Source of the DNA: a virus
UHGV virus genome: UHGV-1463555
Strand: one strand, 5' to 3'
DNA: 33,875 nucleotides
Part shown: piece after piece, positions 10,240 through 18,107 of the stretch
Numbering within the stretch: position 1 is the first letter of the stretch
Layout of the letters: each line of letters opens with the position of its first letter
The notes under the pieces: model-generated
Told to the model about the DNA's origin: nothing
Database searches by the model: none
Seen by the model: only the letters and a program-made list of their open reading frames with translations
Made by a program: the position numbers and the translations under genes

Positions 10240-10245
10240 GAATAG

Positions 10246-10539
10246 GGAGGACCAGGTATCATAAAAAGTACCTGGTTTTTTCTATGCAATAGTAATTTAA
10301 ACTTTTATTATAGAGGCGAAAATCCAAATAAAGATGTAAAAACATTAGCAAGTGGTATTTACCAAATTGACGGTGGAAATGAAGCATACACCCCCACCAG
10401 ATGGGGAATGTTGATTGTCTTTTCGGCACCTAATTATGGATATGCCCTATTTACTCATACAGATGGATCTGTGTACGTGCGCACATGGTCTCAAAGGAAT
10501 GGTAGTTATTATATCGACTGGAAGAAGTTATCCAATTAA
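10246..10539 (+). other. Start-less open cassette (97 sense codons) directly after the TAG-GAA-TAG at the end of the giant gene and in the same frame. Putative alternative or archived receptor-binding C-terminal domain (cassette A+).
   Basis: Frame 1 is open from 10246 to TAA at 10537-10539 with no ATG, GTG or TTG before the repeat. It encodes GGPGIIKSTWFFLCNSNLNFYYRGENPNKDVKTLASGIYQIDGGNEAYTPTRWGMLIVFSAPNYGYALFTHTDGSVYVRTWSQRNGSYYIDWKKLSN. It is homologous to the current C-terminus of the 26357..27814 tail fibre (MLIVFSAPNY against MILFAISPNW, and GSVYVRTWSQRNG against GSFRVFGNLSSKQ). Confidence 0.55.
10287..10299 (+). repeat. Junction repeat copy 1 (caatagtaattta, in-frame N-S-N-L). Inverted partner at 10889..10901. 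A 16-mer caatagtaatttaaac is shared with 28322..28337 (reverse complement).
   Basis: Exact 13-bp match to the reverse complement of 10889..10901 and of 28325..28337. The codons aat-agt-aat are in frame in all four copies. Confidence 0.8.
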
Positions 10540-10585
10540 AATCATGCATCTGTTTTTTTTAGAAGTATACATGTAAATGATCATT

Positions 10586-10912
10586 TTACTTATGCGTCAA
10601 CGTAAAATCTCTATTGGATATAATGACGCATTCATCCCAAGTACCCATTCCAGTAATTGATAAACGCGCTACCTTTCCCACACTATTGCAAGCCACTTTA
10701 TATGTAGACCGATTTACAAGAGCAGTGACATTTCCAATATTATGAAAAGAATATAGTCCTCCATCAGCTATGACCAAACCGCAAAAATGACTGCTGTCTA
10801 TTATGGATGTTGCAAATACTTGTGTGTATTCTCCTTCATTGGCAATTTTTTTGATGTATACATTACTGATGCAGCTGCTAACGATTGCTAAATTACTATT
10901 GTGAGAGTGCAT
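10586..10912 (-). CDS. Small protein (108 aa) beginning MHSHNSNL. Putative variable receptor-binding tip protein or cassette (A-). It is the only cassette with its own start codon.
   Basis: ATG at 10910-10912 (minus strand). Codons 4-8 are the junction repeat (HNSNL). The body 'AIVSSCISNVYIKKIANEGEYTQVFATSIIDSSHFCGLVIADGG...' shares motifs with the start-less minus-strand cassette at 28034..28337 (IKKIANEG against IKIAEVG, and VIADGG against VIATLCGG). Confidence 0.55.
   Translation of the reverse strand: MHSHNSNLAIVSSCISNVYIKKIANEGEYTQVFATSIIDSSHFCGLVIADGGLYSFHNIGNVTALVNRSTYKVACNSVGKVARLSITGMGTWDECVIISNRDFTLTHK
10889..10901 (-). repeat. Junction repeat copy 2 (inverted).
   Basis: The plus strand reads taaattactattg, which is the reverse complement of caatagtaattta. 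Confidence 0.8.
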
Positions 10913-10966
10913 CCACTGTGCTATAATTCGATTGTCTAGAAGGAATTATAACCAGTTGAACAGTGG
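10913..10966. promoter_or_regulatory. Nested inverted repeats (ccactgt...acagtgg and tataattc...gaattata) immediately upstream of the minus-strand MHSHNSNL gene. Probable promoter or operator.
   Basis: The 7-bp and 8-bp arms are exact reverse complements. A TATAAT on the minus strand (reverse complement of 10945..10950) lies ~30 nt upstream of the ATG. Confidence 0.35.
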
Positions 10967-11000
10967 AAACACTTACAGCAGAACAAAAACATATGTTTTC

Positions 11001-11038
11001 CGCGGAGACAATGCCTGCATTGTTTCCGTATTTTTTAT
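11001..11038 (+). terminator. Rho-independent terminator closing the late operon, possibly bidirectional.
   Basis: The 12-bp stem cggagacaatgc / gcattgtttccg has one G-U pair and is followed by tatttttta. An A-run lies upstream. Confidence 0.6.
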
Positions 11039-11102
11039 TGCAGCAATAGTTGAATGATATTATCATGAGTTTTTACAGTATGGTGGGCCGTAATGCAAAA
11101 CC

Positions 11103-12575
11103 TCATAATGTGTAGTAAAAGAAAGTAAAAGTGCCGGTTTTACGGTCAAAAACGATCTTTTTCAGGATGCGGCGGAGCGCGTTGCTTTTTTCAACATAAC
11201 TTACATCAGGATCAAGGATAAGGTCATAAACAGTGGAGATCTGGGCCAGTAGCTTTTCTTTACTTTGCTGTGGATTCGGGGCAGAGGGCTGGCCCTGCTG
11301 CAGCTTCTCTAGCTGCGAAAGAATTTCCGCACGTTCTGATTTCAGTCTTACTTTATTATTCTTGTATTCTTCCAGTGTGTCAATTTCGCTTTCATAAGCT
11401 TCTTTTATTCGTCTTTCTTTCACATCCAGCCGGGACAGAGCTTCTTTTAACAAAGCTTCCTCTGTTAGTGTTACAGGATTCTCCGGAGGGATGTACTCAT
11501 AAGTGACATCATGACTTTCCAGGGCAGAGCGCAGGGAGTCCAAAACAGCCCGCTCAGCTATACTTACGGAAACACTGCAGGAATCAGGATGTACCCCTTT
11601 GCTGTACTTCCAGCACTGAAAAAAAGAGGGGCGCCGCTTCTCGTCTTTCGTGCGGTTAAACCCCAAGCTCCCACCACAGACACCACATTTCAGCAATCCA
11701 GACAGCCAATGAGCAGTGGCAGAGGCCTGCTTGCGGTGACGGGGCTGGTATTCGGACTGGATCCGCGCCTGAACAGACTCAAACACAGAAGTTACGGCCG
11801 GAATCGTCTCATGGGTGCCATGAAACGTGATCCCATTCCAAGTCACATCACCAACATAGAACCGGTTAACCAGAATTCTTTGGACACCGCGAAGCTCAAA
11901 GGGACATCCGCGGTTGGTTTTATATCCTTGCAGGTTCAGATCCCTGGCAATGGTCAACATGTCTTTTCCCTGGCTGTACGCCTGGAAGATGTACTCAACG
12001 ATAGGCACCGCATCTGGATCCAGCACAAAAGGCCGGCCGCCGCCCACAGCTTTATATCCAAGGCATGGGACTGCCTGATAGCCGGACCGGAGCGCTTTTT
12101 CGGTCATTCCCCTGAGAACTTCACCAGAAAGATTATAAGAGTAGTATTCATCAAACCATTCTATGATTGTTTCAATCAGTCGGCCAAACATGCCGTCTGC
12201 AATAGGTTCAGATACGCTTTTGATCTCCACGCCGCATTTTTTGCGCAGGATTCCTTTGTAAAATGTGCTTTCTTCCTGGTTGCGGGCAAAACGGGAGAAT
12301 TTCCACAGGTACAGCCGCTTGAAGGGTGAAGGCTTCTGAGACTTGGCAACTGCAATCATTCTCTGAAATTCCGGCCGGTTGTCAGCCTTACGGCCTGAGA
12401 TCCCCTTCTTTTCCTCAAAGATAAATTCCTTTGGAATAATATAACCATCAGCTTTAGCTGTTTCCATAATCACACGGATCTGGGCGTCTGGTGACAATTC
12501 TGCCTGATCATCTGTACTGACTCTGATATAGGCAGCACCGATTTCAAGACTTTTTGGTGTAGGTTTATCTGACAT
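11103..12575 (-). CDS. Large serine recombinase (phage serine integrase).
   Basis: The N-terminal resolvase fold carries the catalytic serine in 'AAYIRVSTDDQ'. A recombinase domain, a Cys-rich zinc ribbon (CGVCGG...CWKYSKGVHPDSC) and a C-terminal coiled coil follow. It is 490 aa and is the only long minus-strand gene. Confidence 0.9.
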   Translation of the reverse strand: MSDKPTPKSLEIGAAYIRVSTDDQAELSPDAQIRVIMETAKADGYIIPKEFIFEEKKGISGRKADNRPEFQRMIAVAKSQKPSPFKRLYLWKFSRFARNQEESTFYKGILRKKCGVEIKSVSEPIADGMFGRLIETIIEWFDEYYSYNLSGEVLRGMTEKALRSGYQAVPCLGYKAVGGGRPFVLDPDAVPIVEYIFQAYSQGKDMLTIARDLNLQGYKTNRGCPFELRGVQRILVNRFYVGDVTWNGITFHGTHETIPAVTSVFESVQARIQSEYQPRHRKQASATAHWLSGLLKCGVCGGSLGFNRTKDEKRRPSFFQCWKYSKGVHPDSCSVSVSIAERAVLDSLRSALESHDVTYEYIPPENPVTLTEEALLKEALSRLDVKERRIKEAYESEIDTLEEYKNNKVRLKSERAEILSQLEKLQQGQPSAPNPQQSKEKLLAQISTVYDLILDPDVSYVEKSNALRRILKKIVFDRKTGTFTFFYYTL

Positions 12576-13025
12576 ATGATCATCTCCTTCTCTATACGTA
12601 TGAAAAATGAGTATAAAAATAACACCCTTGCCAGGATGTTCCGAAAATGATATAATTCAGATGTTCTAAGTCTGGATTAATCAAACCGGAGTTTAAAGAA
12701 GAAATTTGAAAGCTTATTTGGAGAATAAATATATGAAGAAATACGTAGGATATTTGACTAAATCAGGAAAATATATCTCTACAGGATTATTTTTCAACAT
12801 TAACAACTGGATTTATAAAATCATAACAATACCATATGGTGGAGGTGCCTAGTGAAGAATATAATGCTAGATTTCATGATGGGAATGATTTGTATTTTAT
12901 TAACAATAACAGTAATCAGCATTAGAAGATGAAAATTAAGAATGTTATCGTAGTTGAAGCAATGGCTCTGGTTTTATCTGGAGATTTGGACAAGCTAGAG
13001 GCCGAAATAGAAAGAGAGGAACAGG

Positions 13026-13181
13026 ATGTGTAAGAACGAATGTACATTCGGATCACCGTACTGCTGCCTGGAGTGTCCGTCAAATGACACTTGCAGGTCA
13101 CAGTGCGATTATATGGATGCTTACGAGTATGCGGTAGAGTGTCCAGATTATGTAGAGGAAGTGAAAAAATGCAGAATGTAG
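13026..13181 (+). CDS. Small cysteine-rich protein (51 aa). Below the ORF-track cutoff.
   Basis: Runs from ATG at 13026 to TAG at 13179-13181. Reads MCKNECTFGSPYCCLECPSNDTCRSQCDYMDAYEYAVECPDYVEEVKKCRM. It is the first plus-strand ORF of the early region, divergent from the integrase. Confidence 0.35.
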   Translation: MCKNECTFGSPYCCLECPSNDTCRSQCDYMDAYEYAVECPDYVEEVKKCRM

Positions 13182-13363
13182 TATACATCGTTATGGCTTG
13201 TGGATTTGCCGATGATAGTTATTATGTTATCGACAGTGTATGGACATCTGAAAGAAAAGCTTTAAAACGGCAAGAAGAACTTAATAAAAATGGTGTCGAT
13301 GGCATTATTGAAAATAGAGGGTGTGGTCTGTTCGATATTTGTACAGAAGTTATAAGTCATTAG
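13091..13363 (+). CDS. Hypothetical early protein. The real start is probably ATG 13169 (64 aa), because the listed upstream part overlaps the Cys-rich ORF in another frame.
   Basis: The ORF track gives 13091..13363. An SD-like aggaag lies upstream of ATG 13169 (MQNVVYIVMACGF...). Confidence 0.5.
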   Translation: MQVTVRLYGCLRVCGRVSRLCRGSEKMQNVVYIVMACGFADDSYYVIDSVWTSERKALKRQEELNKNGVDGIIENRGCGLFDICTEVISH

Positions 13364-13762
13364 ATGCAGGAAGGAAAGATGATGAGATATCCTAATTTAG
13401 AATTGATCGAGTATAAGACAAGGCTGATTTTAAGCAAGGATCCTGAGTTTCAGGCGGCACTTGAAGCTAAACGGAAAGAGAGCAAATATGCATATTTAGA
13501 GTTCCAGGCAATGGTCTTTCCGCAGGTGTGGGGAAGCACATGTACTGGCTTTGATGTTACTGAGGACGGAATGCCAACAATGGGAGGAAGCATGATGACT
13601 ACGGAGTATACAACAGTATTCCATGAGCTACTGACCAATACATACGTTGTGTGCTTTGGAGACAGGCCATGTTACAGCACAAAAGATCCCAGTGAGGCCT
13701 TTTTAGCTGATCTCAGCAAAATGAACATGGCAAGCATGAGCGAAGCAAAAAAGAAGTATTAG
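13364..13762 (+). CDS. Hypothetical early protein.
   Basis: ORF of 132 aa. SD ggaaggaaag lies before the ATGs at 13379/13382, which are the likely true start. No recognisable motif. Confidence 0.5.
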   Translation: MQEGKMMRYPNLELIEYKTRLILSKDPEFQAALEAKRKESKYAYLEFQAMVFPQVWGSTCTGFDVTEDGMPTMGGSMMTTEYTTVFHELLTNTYVVCFGDRPCYSTKDPSEAFLADLSKMNMASMSEAKKKY

Positions 13763-13778
13763 ACCAGGAGGATAGCAT

Positions 13779-14135
13779 ATGAGATATCAGAGTAACCCAG
13801 TCATAGTAGAGGCTTTTCAGTATGACGGTGATTTAATGGGTTCAGACGGAAAGTATTATGTGCCGGACTGGGCGGTAGAGGCTTATGAAAAAAGAGTTAT
13901 GTATTATAAGGCCATGAGGATAGGAGAACCGCCATGCGAGCTGTTTGTTGATACGCCGGCAGGTACACTGCATGTAAGCGTGGGAGATTATGTAATCAAA
14001 GGAACTAAAGGTGAGCTGTATCCGTGCAAGCCGGATATCTTTCAGGAAATATATAGCAGGTACGTTCCTTTATCTCCGCTGCATGAAGAGCCTGTGACTT
14101 TAGGAGGCAAAAATGAAGAAAGGGCTAAGATGTGA
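13779..14135 (+). CDS. Hypothetical early protein.
   Basis: ORF of 118 aa with SD caggaggatagcatATG. No recognisable motif. Confidence 0.5.
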   Translation: MRYQSNPVIVEAFQYDGDLMGSDGKYYVPDWAVEAYEKRVMYYKAMRIGEPPCELFVDTPAGTLHVSVGDYVIKGTKGELYPCKPDIFQEIYSRYVPLSPLHEEPVTLGGKNEERAKM

Positions 14136-14190
14136 GGCAACATATGGTGCTGCCGAGACGATTAAGGCGTTTTTGGATTATTGCAAAATA

Positions 14191-14287
14191 TCACGAGATA
14201 GTCACGAGATAAAATGATTTGAAAAACGGGATAAAATCAAGGAATTTTAAGTTAAAAATACGGAAATCACGAGATAGTCACGAGATA
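14191..14287. promoter_or_regulatory. Four direct 10-bp iterons (tcacgagata) arranged as two tandem pairs 76 bp apart. Candidate operator or origin-type binding array.
   Basis: Exact copies at 14191-14200, 14202-14211, 14267-14276 and 14278-14287. Each pair reads atcacgagatagtcacgagata. The array lies in the 185-bp intergenic gap before the Zn-ribbon gene cluster. Confidence 0.6.
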
Positions 14288-14320
14288 GCGAATCCATATT
14301 AAGATTTGGAGGATTAAAGC

Positions 14321-14728
14321 ATGAGTTATTTACATTGTCCATATTGCGAAATCAAGGAAAATGCAAAGATCAAAACGGTGTACGAAGCATTACAACCTAT
14401 TGATGGAAAATGCCCAGATTGTGGTGCCTGGATTATTGATGAAGGACAGCATTCTATCAGGATTAATGGTTACGTTGATATCTATAAAGGCGCATTAAAT
14501 CTCATTGAAGATGTGGTGCAGCAGGTCAATAATATTTTGGACTATCTGGGAGTTGATACGAAGATTGATGGGGAAACACCTTGTATCCAATTTTACACAA
14601 GCGAAATAATTAGAAGTTTATTTGTCCCATATGTAGGGGGAACCAGTAGATGCAATATGAAAAAAGCTCTTGATATTAAAGAAGACGAATTGAAGTTTGA
14701 AATTAAGGCAGAGCAGCATGAATGGTAA
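14321..14728 (+). CDS. Small Zn-ribbon protein (CPYCE...CPDCG).
   Basis: ORF of 135 aa with SD ggaggattaaagcATG and two CxxC pairs near the N-terminus. Confidence 0.55.
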   Translation: MSYLHCPYCEIKENAKIKTVYEALQPIDGKCPDCGAWIIDEGQHSIRINGYVDIYKGALNLIEDVVQQVNNILDYLGVDTKIDGETPCIQFYTSEIIRSLFVPYVGGTSRCNMKKALDIKEDELKFEIKAEQHEW

Positions 14729-14764
14729 GCAAAACTGAAATTAAGATTGAGGTGAAAGTAAATA

Positions 14765-14968
14765 ATGAAGAGTTTACAGCTATATGTGTGCGAACATTGC
14801 GGAACGCAGTACAAAGATAAGAATGAATGTAAAAAATGTGAGGATAGTCATAAGGTTGCGTTGGAAATTCATGATATGAGGTTCCATGCTTGCAAAGATA
14901 GTGATAACTATCCTGATAAGGTAGAATTGAAAATGGTTGATGGCAAGATGGTTTGGTATCATCGGTAA
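14765..14968 (+). CDS. Small Zn-ribbon protein (CEHCG...CKKCE).
   Basis: ORF of 67 aa with SD gaggtgaaagtaaataATG. The stop lies inside the repeated junction motif. Confidence 0.5.
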   Translation: MKSLQLYVCEHCGTQYKDKNECKKCEDSHKVALEIHDMRFHACKDSDNYPDKVELKMVDGKMVWYHR

Positions 14969-15000
14969 ACTGAAAGTTAAGATTTTACGAGGAAATTAAA

Positions 15001-15261
15001 ATGGCAAAAATATCAAAGAAAACAATAGAAGAACTTGAGGACATTTTAGACAGAGGCTGCGACTATGCCGATACTCAGACAGTTGTAACAGAATATGCAA
15101 ACGAAGCACTAAAAGAAAGTGGTTGCGATATTTGTCAGTGTGACGATGCGATGATAGTTGACTGGGATGACAAGCCAATTTGCACTGTTGAAGAATTTGC
15201 AAATATCTTCTGGGATAAAGCAGTAGAGGGCATATTAAATGTGTTAAAAACACAAGAATAA
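15001..15261 (+). CDS. Small acidic Cys-containing protein.
   Basis: ORF of 86 aa with SD gaggaaattaaaATG. Ends ...VLKTQE inside the repeated gtgttaaaaacaca element. Confidence 0.5.
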   Translation: MAKISKKTIEELEDILDRGCDYADTQTVVTEYANEALKESGCDICQCDDAMIVDWDDKPICTVEEFANIFWDKAVEGILNVLKTQE

Positions 15262-15295
15262 GGATTTGAGAGGTAAACTGAAAGTTAAGATTTGG
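15257..15295 (+). promoter_or_regulatory. Repeated intergenic junction element (aataaggatttgagaggtaaactgaaagttaagatt), copy 1. It carries the stop of the upstream gene and the SD of the next.
   Basis: The 36-bp block is identical at 16429..16464. The core aaactgaaa(g)ttaaga occurs about six times (14732, 14967, 15277, 15599, 16449 and ~16798). Confidence 0.55.
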
Positions 15296-15306
15296 AGGAA
15301 ATGTGA

Positions 15307-15606
15307 ATGAGTAAGATTACGAGTTTTAACAAAGAAGTAGAACGCAAGAGACATTTAACGTATGCTGCTATTATGGGAAGAGCTACTGTCATGGGCTTGA
15401 TGAAAGAGACGGAAGCTACAGAACGTATGATGGATATTGAAAGCGCAGATAAAAAGTTTCACCTTCGTTTGGATGTTTGGCTGAATGCGGATGATTTCAA
15501 CTTTATGCACGATTTTTACGGAATTAGAAACAACATAAACAGAAAGAATGGTTTTCCAGCAACTGATTTTGGTTTTTTTGTTCCGAGATTTGCTGGAGAA
15601 AACTGA
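15307..15606 (+). CDS. Hypothetical early protein.
   Basis: ORF of 99 aa with SD ggaggaaatgtgaATG. The stop lies in the aaactgaaatt motif. Confidence 0.5.
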   Translation: MSKITSFNKEVERKRHLTYAAIMGRATVMGLMKETEATERMMDIESADKKFHLRLDVWLNADDFNFMHDFYGIRNNINRKNGFPATDFGFFVPRFAGEN

Positions 15607-15650
15607 AATTAAGAATGTGTTAAAAACACAGGAATAAGGATCAGGTATAA

Positions 15651-16265
15651 ATGGACATATATGGATACATGAGAGTATCATCGAAAGAACAAAATGAGGA
15701 TAGGCAAAGAATTGCTCTAATGGCAGCAGGAGTGCATGAAAAGAATATCTTTATTGATAAGCAGTCCGGCAAAGATTTTGAGAGGACACAGTATAAGCGG
15801 ATGCTCAGAAAACTTAACGAGGACAGCGTGCTGTACATAAAATCTATTGACAGGCTTGGAAGGAATTATGCAGATCTGAATGAGCAATGGCGTATCATCA
15901 CGAAAGAGAAGAAAGCCGATATTGTGGTAATTGATATGCCTCTGCTGGATACACGCAGGGAGAAGAATCTGCTGGGAACATTCATAAGCGATATTGTTCT
16001 GGCATTGCTCAGTTATGTCGCAGAAAACGAACGGATCAATATCAAGCAAAGGCAGGCAGAGGGAATTGCTGCAGCAAAAGCAAGAGGTGTTATATTTGGC
16101 AGACCGTCATTACCAATCCCGGAGAATTTTGATCAAATGCATAAGGATTGGAGAGCTGGAAAGATCAAGATAGAGTATGCTGCCAGAGCCTGCAATATGT
16201 GTTCCAAGACCTTCTATAGCAAGGCGGTGAAACTTGAAAAGGAGATGAATGTAGATGGATATTGA
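15651..16265 (+). CDS. Small serine recombinase of the resolvase/invertase family (Hin/Gin-like).
   Basis: The 204-aa protein has 'GYMRVSSKEQNEDRQ', matching the catalytic-serine motif of Hin/Gin/resolvases (GYIRVST.DQ). 'DRLGRN' and a C-terminal HTH-like tail are present. Confidence 0.85.
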   Translation: MDIYGYMRVSSKEQNEDRQRIALMAAGVHEKNIFIDKQSGKDFERTQYKRMLRKLNEDSVLYIKSIDRLGRNYADLNEQWRIITKEKKADIVVIDMPLLDTRREKNLLGTFISDIVLALLSYVAENERINIKQRQAEGIAAAKARGVIFGRPSLPIPENFDQMHKDWRAGKIKIEYAARACNMCSKTFYSKAVKLEKEMNVDGY

Positions 16266-16428
16266 AAAGTGTAAAACATGTAAGCACTTTGGAACAATGT
16301 ATGTAACAGGAGATTCGCGAAAATATCCACGTTGCCGTATCAATCAAAATAAAGCAACATGGGATGTAAAAGAAAAGGAATGTCAATACGAGGAATACGA
16401 GGGAATCTTATCGGTTCGTAGGCTTTAG
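16255..16428 (+). CDS. Small Cys4 zinc-ribbon protein (57 aa). Below the ORF-track cutoff.
   Basis: ATG 16255 overlaps the recombinase gene end. Reads MDIEKCKTCKHFGTMYVTGDSRKYPRCRINQNKATWDVKEKECQYEEYEGILSVRRL. The stop runs into the 36-bp junction element. Confidence 0.35.
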   Translation: MDIEKCKTCKHFGTMYVTGDSRKYPRCRINQNKATWDVKEKECQYEEYEGILSVRRL

Positions 16429-16466
16429 AATAAGGATTTGAGAGGTAAACTGAAAGTTAAGATTGG
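16429..16466 (+). promoter_or_regulatory. Repeated intergenic junction element, copy 2.
   Basis: Identical 36-mer to 15257..15292. Confidence 0.55.
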
Positions 16467-16479
16467 TGGTGATTTGAAC

Positions 16480-16806
16480 ATGAAAAAAGTGTGCCTCAAT
16501 ACGGAAAGAATGCTTGACGAGGCGGATCCACAAGATGATGATTATAATCTTTGGAAAAAAGTTTACGAGCTTGTGAATGGGGAAGATGCTTTTGTTTATG
16601 AAAGCCCAATAGAAAAAGGCAAATGGGTCTTCTGTGGTCTGGTCGATGGGAAAAAGAATAAGGATCTGTTTTACTTGATCGAACAGGATAGCATGATTGG
16701 AAGATATATCGGAGACTGGGAAGAGTTTGAAGCAGATTGGGAAAGCGGAGCTTACGAACCAGATGGATGTATTTATTTGGATTTGAGAGATATTAACGAA
16801 AATTGA
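16480..16806 (+). CDS. Hypothetical acidic early protein. The ORF track starts at TTG 16438 inside the repeat element, and ATG 16480 is the more likely start.
   Basis: MKKVCLNTERMLDEADPQDDDYNLW... with SD ggtggtgatttgaacATG. Confidence 0.5.
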   Translation: MKKVCLNTERMLDEADPQDDDYNLWKKVYELVNGEDAFVYESPIEKGKWVFCGLVDGKKNKDLFYLIEQDSMIGRYIGDWEEFEADWESGAYEPDGCIYLDLRDINEN

Positions 16807-17000
16807 AATTGAATGTGAAGTAGCTCTAAATAAATACAGTGCACAGCTTTGTGCAGATTGGGATGAAACAAGGACCAGGATGCTTAAAGGTGATGGCAAA
16901 TGGTTTAGAGAAGAAAGGAGAAAAGCCGATGGAAACAGAACACAGTAACAAAAAAACAGGCAGATCATTAACCGCCCAAGGTACCATGATCCGCCGTTCT

Positions 17001-17037
17001 GCTTAAGATAAGTATATCATATATACCCTTCTTAAGC
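17001..17037. promoter_or_regulatory. An 8-bp inverted repeat (gcttaaga / tcttaagc) flanking a 21-bp AT-rich spacer upstream of the tyrosine recombinase gene.
   Basis: Exact reverse-complement arms at 17001-17008 and 17030-17037. The spacer is taagtatatcatatataccct. It lies 20 bp before the SD and ATG at 17057. Confidence 0.35.
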
Positions 17038-17056
17038 AAGGAAAAGGAGGATATCT

Positions 17057-18094
17057 ATGACAAATGAGAATGTTAAAACACAGGTTATTAATGATGTAAT
17101 CGTTGCCATGTCAGCATATATTGCTGCTGATTTAATCCAAATTCTGGAGCGTGTGATAGTTGACAAGACGATAGATGTGGTTATGGAAAGAATCAATACG
17201 CTACCGGCAGAGATTAAGGATAGTGTGGATCAACAGAATGAGTACATAATTAAACTCTTTTTATATAAGAAGAAAAAGCTTCGTGAAGGGACTAAATATG
17301 GTTATATGGCATCAATCAAACGCCTGATCACGGTGTTGGACAAGCCACTGGTGCAGATGGATGAACATGATATATTTTATTACCTAAATTGGTATGAGAA
17401 CCGGAATGTACCAGTAACCGGACGAAAAAATCAGAACTCAACTTTGAATAGCGAAAGAAGGTATTTGTCCGCTTTCTTTTCCTGGATGCGGAAAGAAAAG
17501 CTTATAACGGTAAATCCAGTTGAAGCAATCGAGCCATTAAAGGTGCAGAGAAAGCCTATAGATTTCTTTACACCGGAAGAAATGGCACGTTTAAGAGACA
17601 GTTGCCGGACCTTACGGGAACGAGCCTTAATTGAAGTACTGCGCAGTACCGGGGCACGCGTAGGAGAAATTGTTGAGATAACTGTTGACCAGATCAACTG
17701 GGAAACAGGGGATATTTTGATTCTAGGTGAAAAAAGTAACCGGTATCGGACCATATATCTGGATCCGGATGCTTTATACCATTACAAAAAATATTGGAAC
17801 TCTAGGACAGACAACAATGAACATATGTTCGTATCGAAGAGCAAGCCTTATAAGCCAATAGGGACATCTTCGGTACGGACAATCATGAAAGAAATTGCGG
17901 AACACGCAGGTGTGACAAACCGGTGTTATCCTCACAAGATGAGGAAGACACTGGGAATGGAGTTGAAAAACAGAGGCGTAGATATAGGAACGATCCAGGA
18001 AGTCCTGGGTCACGCGGATTCTAAAGTAACGAGTATGTACTATGCTCAATCAACACCGGACACGTTGAGGATGATTAGAAAAAGGGCAGTTTAA
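17057..18094 (+). CDS. Tyrosine site-specific recombinase (phage integrase / XerC-D family).
   Basis: The 345-aa protein has an N-terminal SAM-like domain. Catalytic signature residues are present in 'TGARVGEI' (Arg), 'HKMRKT' (His-x-x-Arg), 'VLGHAD' and 'TSMYYAQ' (Tyr). Confidence 0.85.
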   Translation: MTNENVKTQVINDVIVAMSAYIAADLIQILERVIVDKTIDVVMERINTLPAEIKDSVDQQNEYIIKLFLYKKKKLREGTKYGYMASIKRLITVLDKPLVQMDEHDIFYYLNWYENRNVPVTGRKNQNSTLNSERRYLSAFFSWMRKEKLITVNPVEAIEPLKVQRKPIDFFTPEEMARLRDSCRTLRERALIEVLRSTGARVGEIVEITVDQINWETGDILILGEKSNRYRTIYLDPDALYHYKKYWNSRTDNNEHMFVSKSKPYKPIGTSSVRTIMKEIAEHAGVTNRCYPHKMRKTLGMELKNRGVDIGTIQEVLGHADSKVTSMYYAQSTPDTLRMIRKRAV

Positions 18095-18107
18095 TAGAAA
18101 AAGGATT

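Noticed and set aside
10237-10245. Genome-wide reassignment of TAG (code 15-like) as the explanation for the TAG-GAA-TAG followed by an open frame
   Set aside because: Other genes (27..716, 895..2160) terminate cleanly at TAG with proper downstream gene spacing. No suppressor tRNA is present in the window. Only a local readthrough or silent-cassette hypothesis remains, and this is reported as a finding.
11270-12329. Plus-strand ORFs of 78 and 272 aa antisense to the serine integrase
   Set aside because: They are entirely nested in a well-supported minus-strand recombinase gene and have no RBS or motifs.
16855-16880. Small hairpin tgcaca-gctt-tgtgca after the last early gene
   Set aside because: It is a 6-bp stem with no downstream T-run. 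It is too weak to call a terminator or a site.
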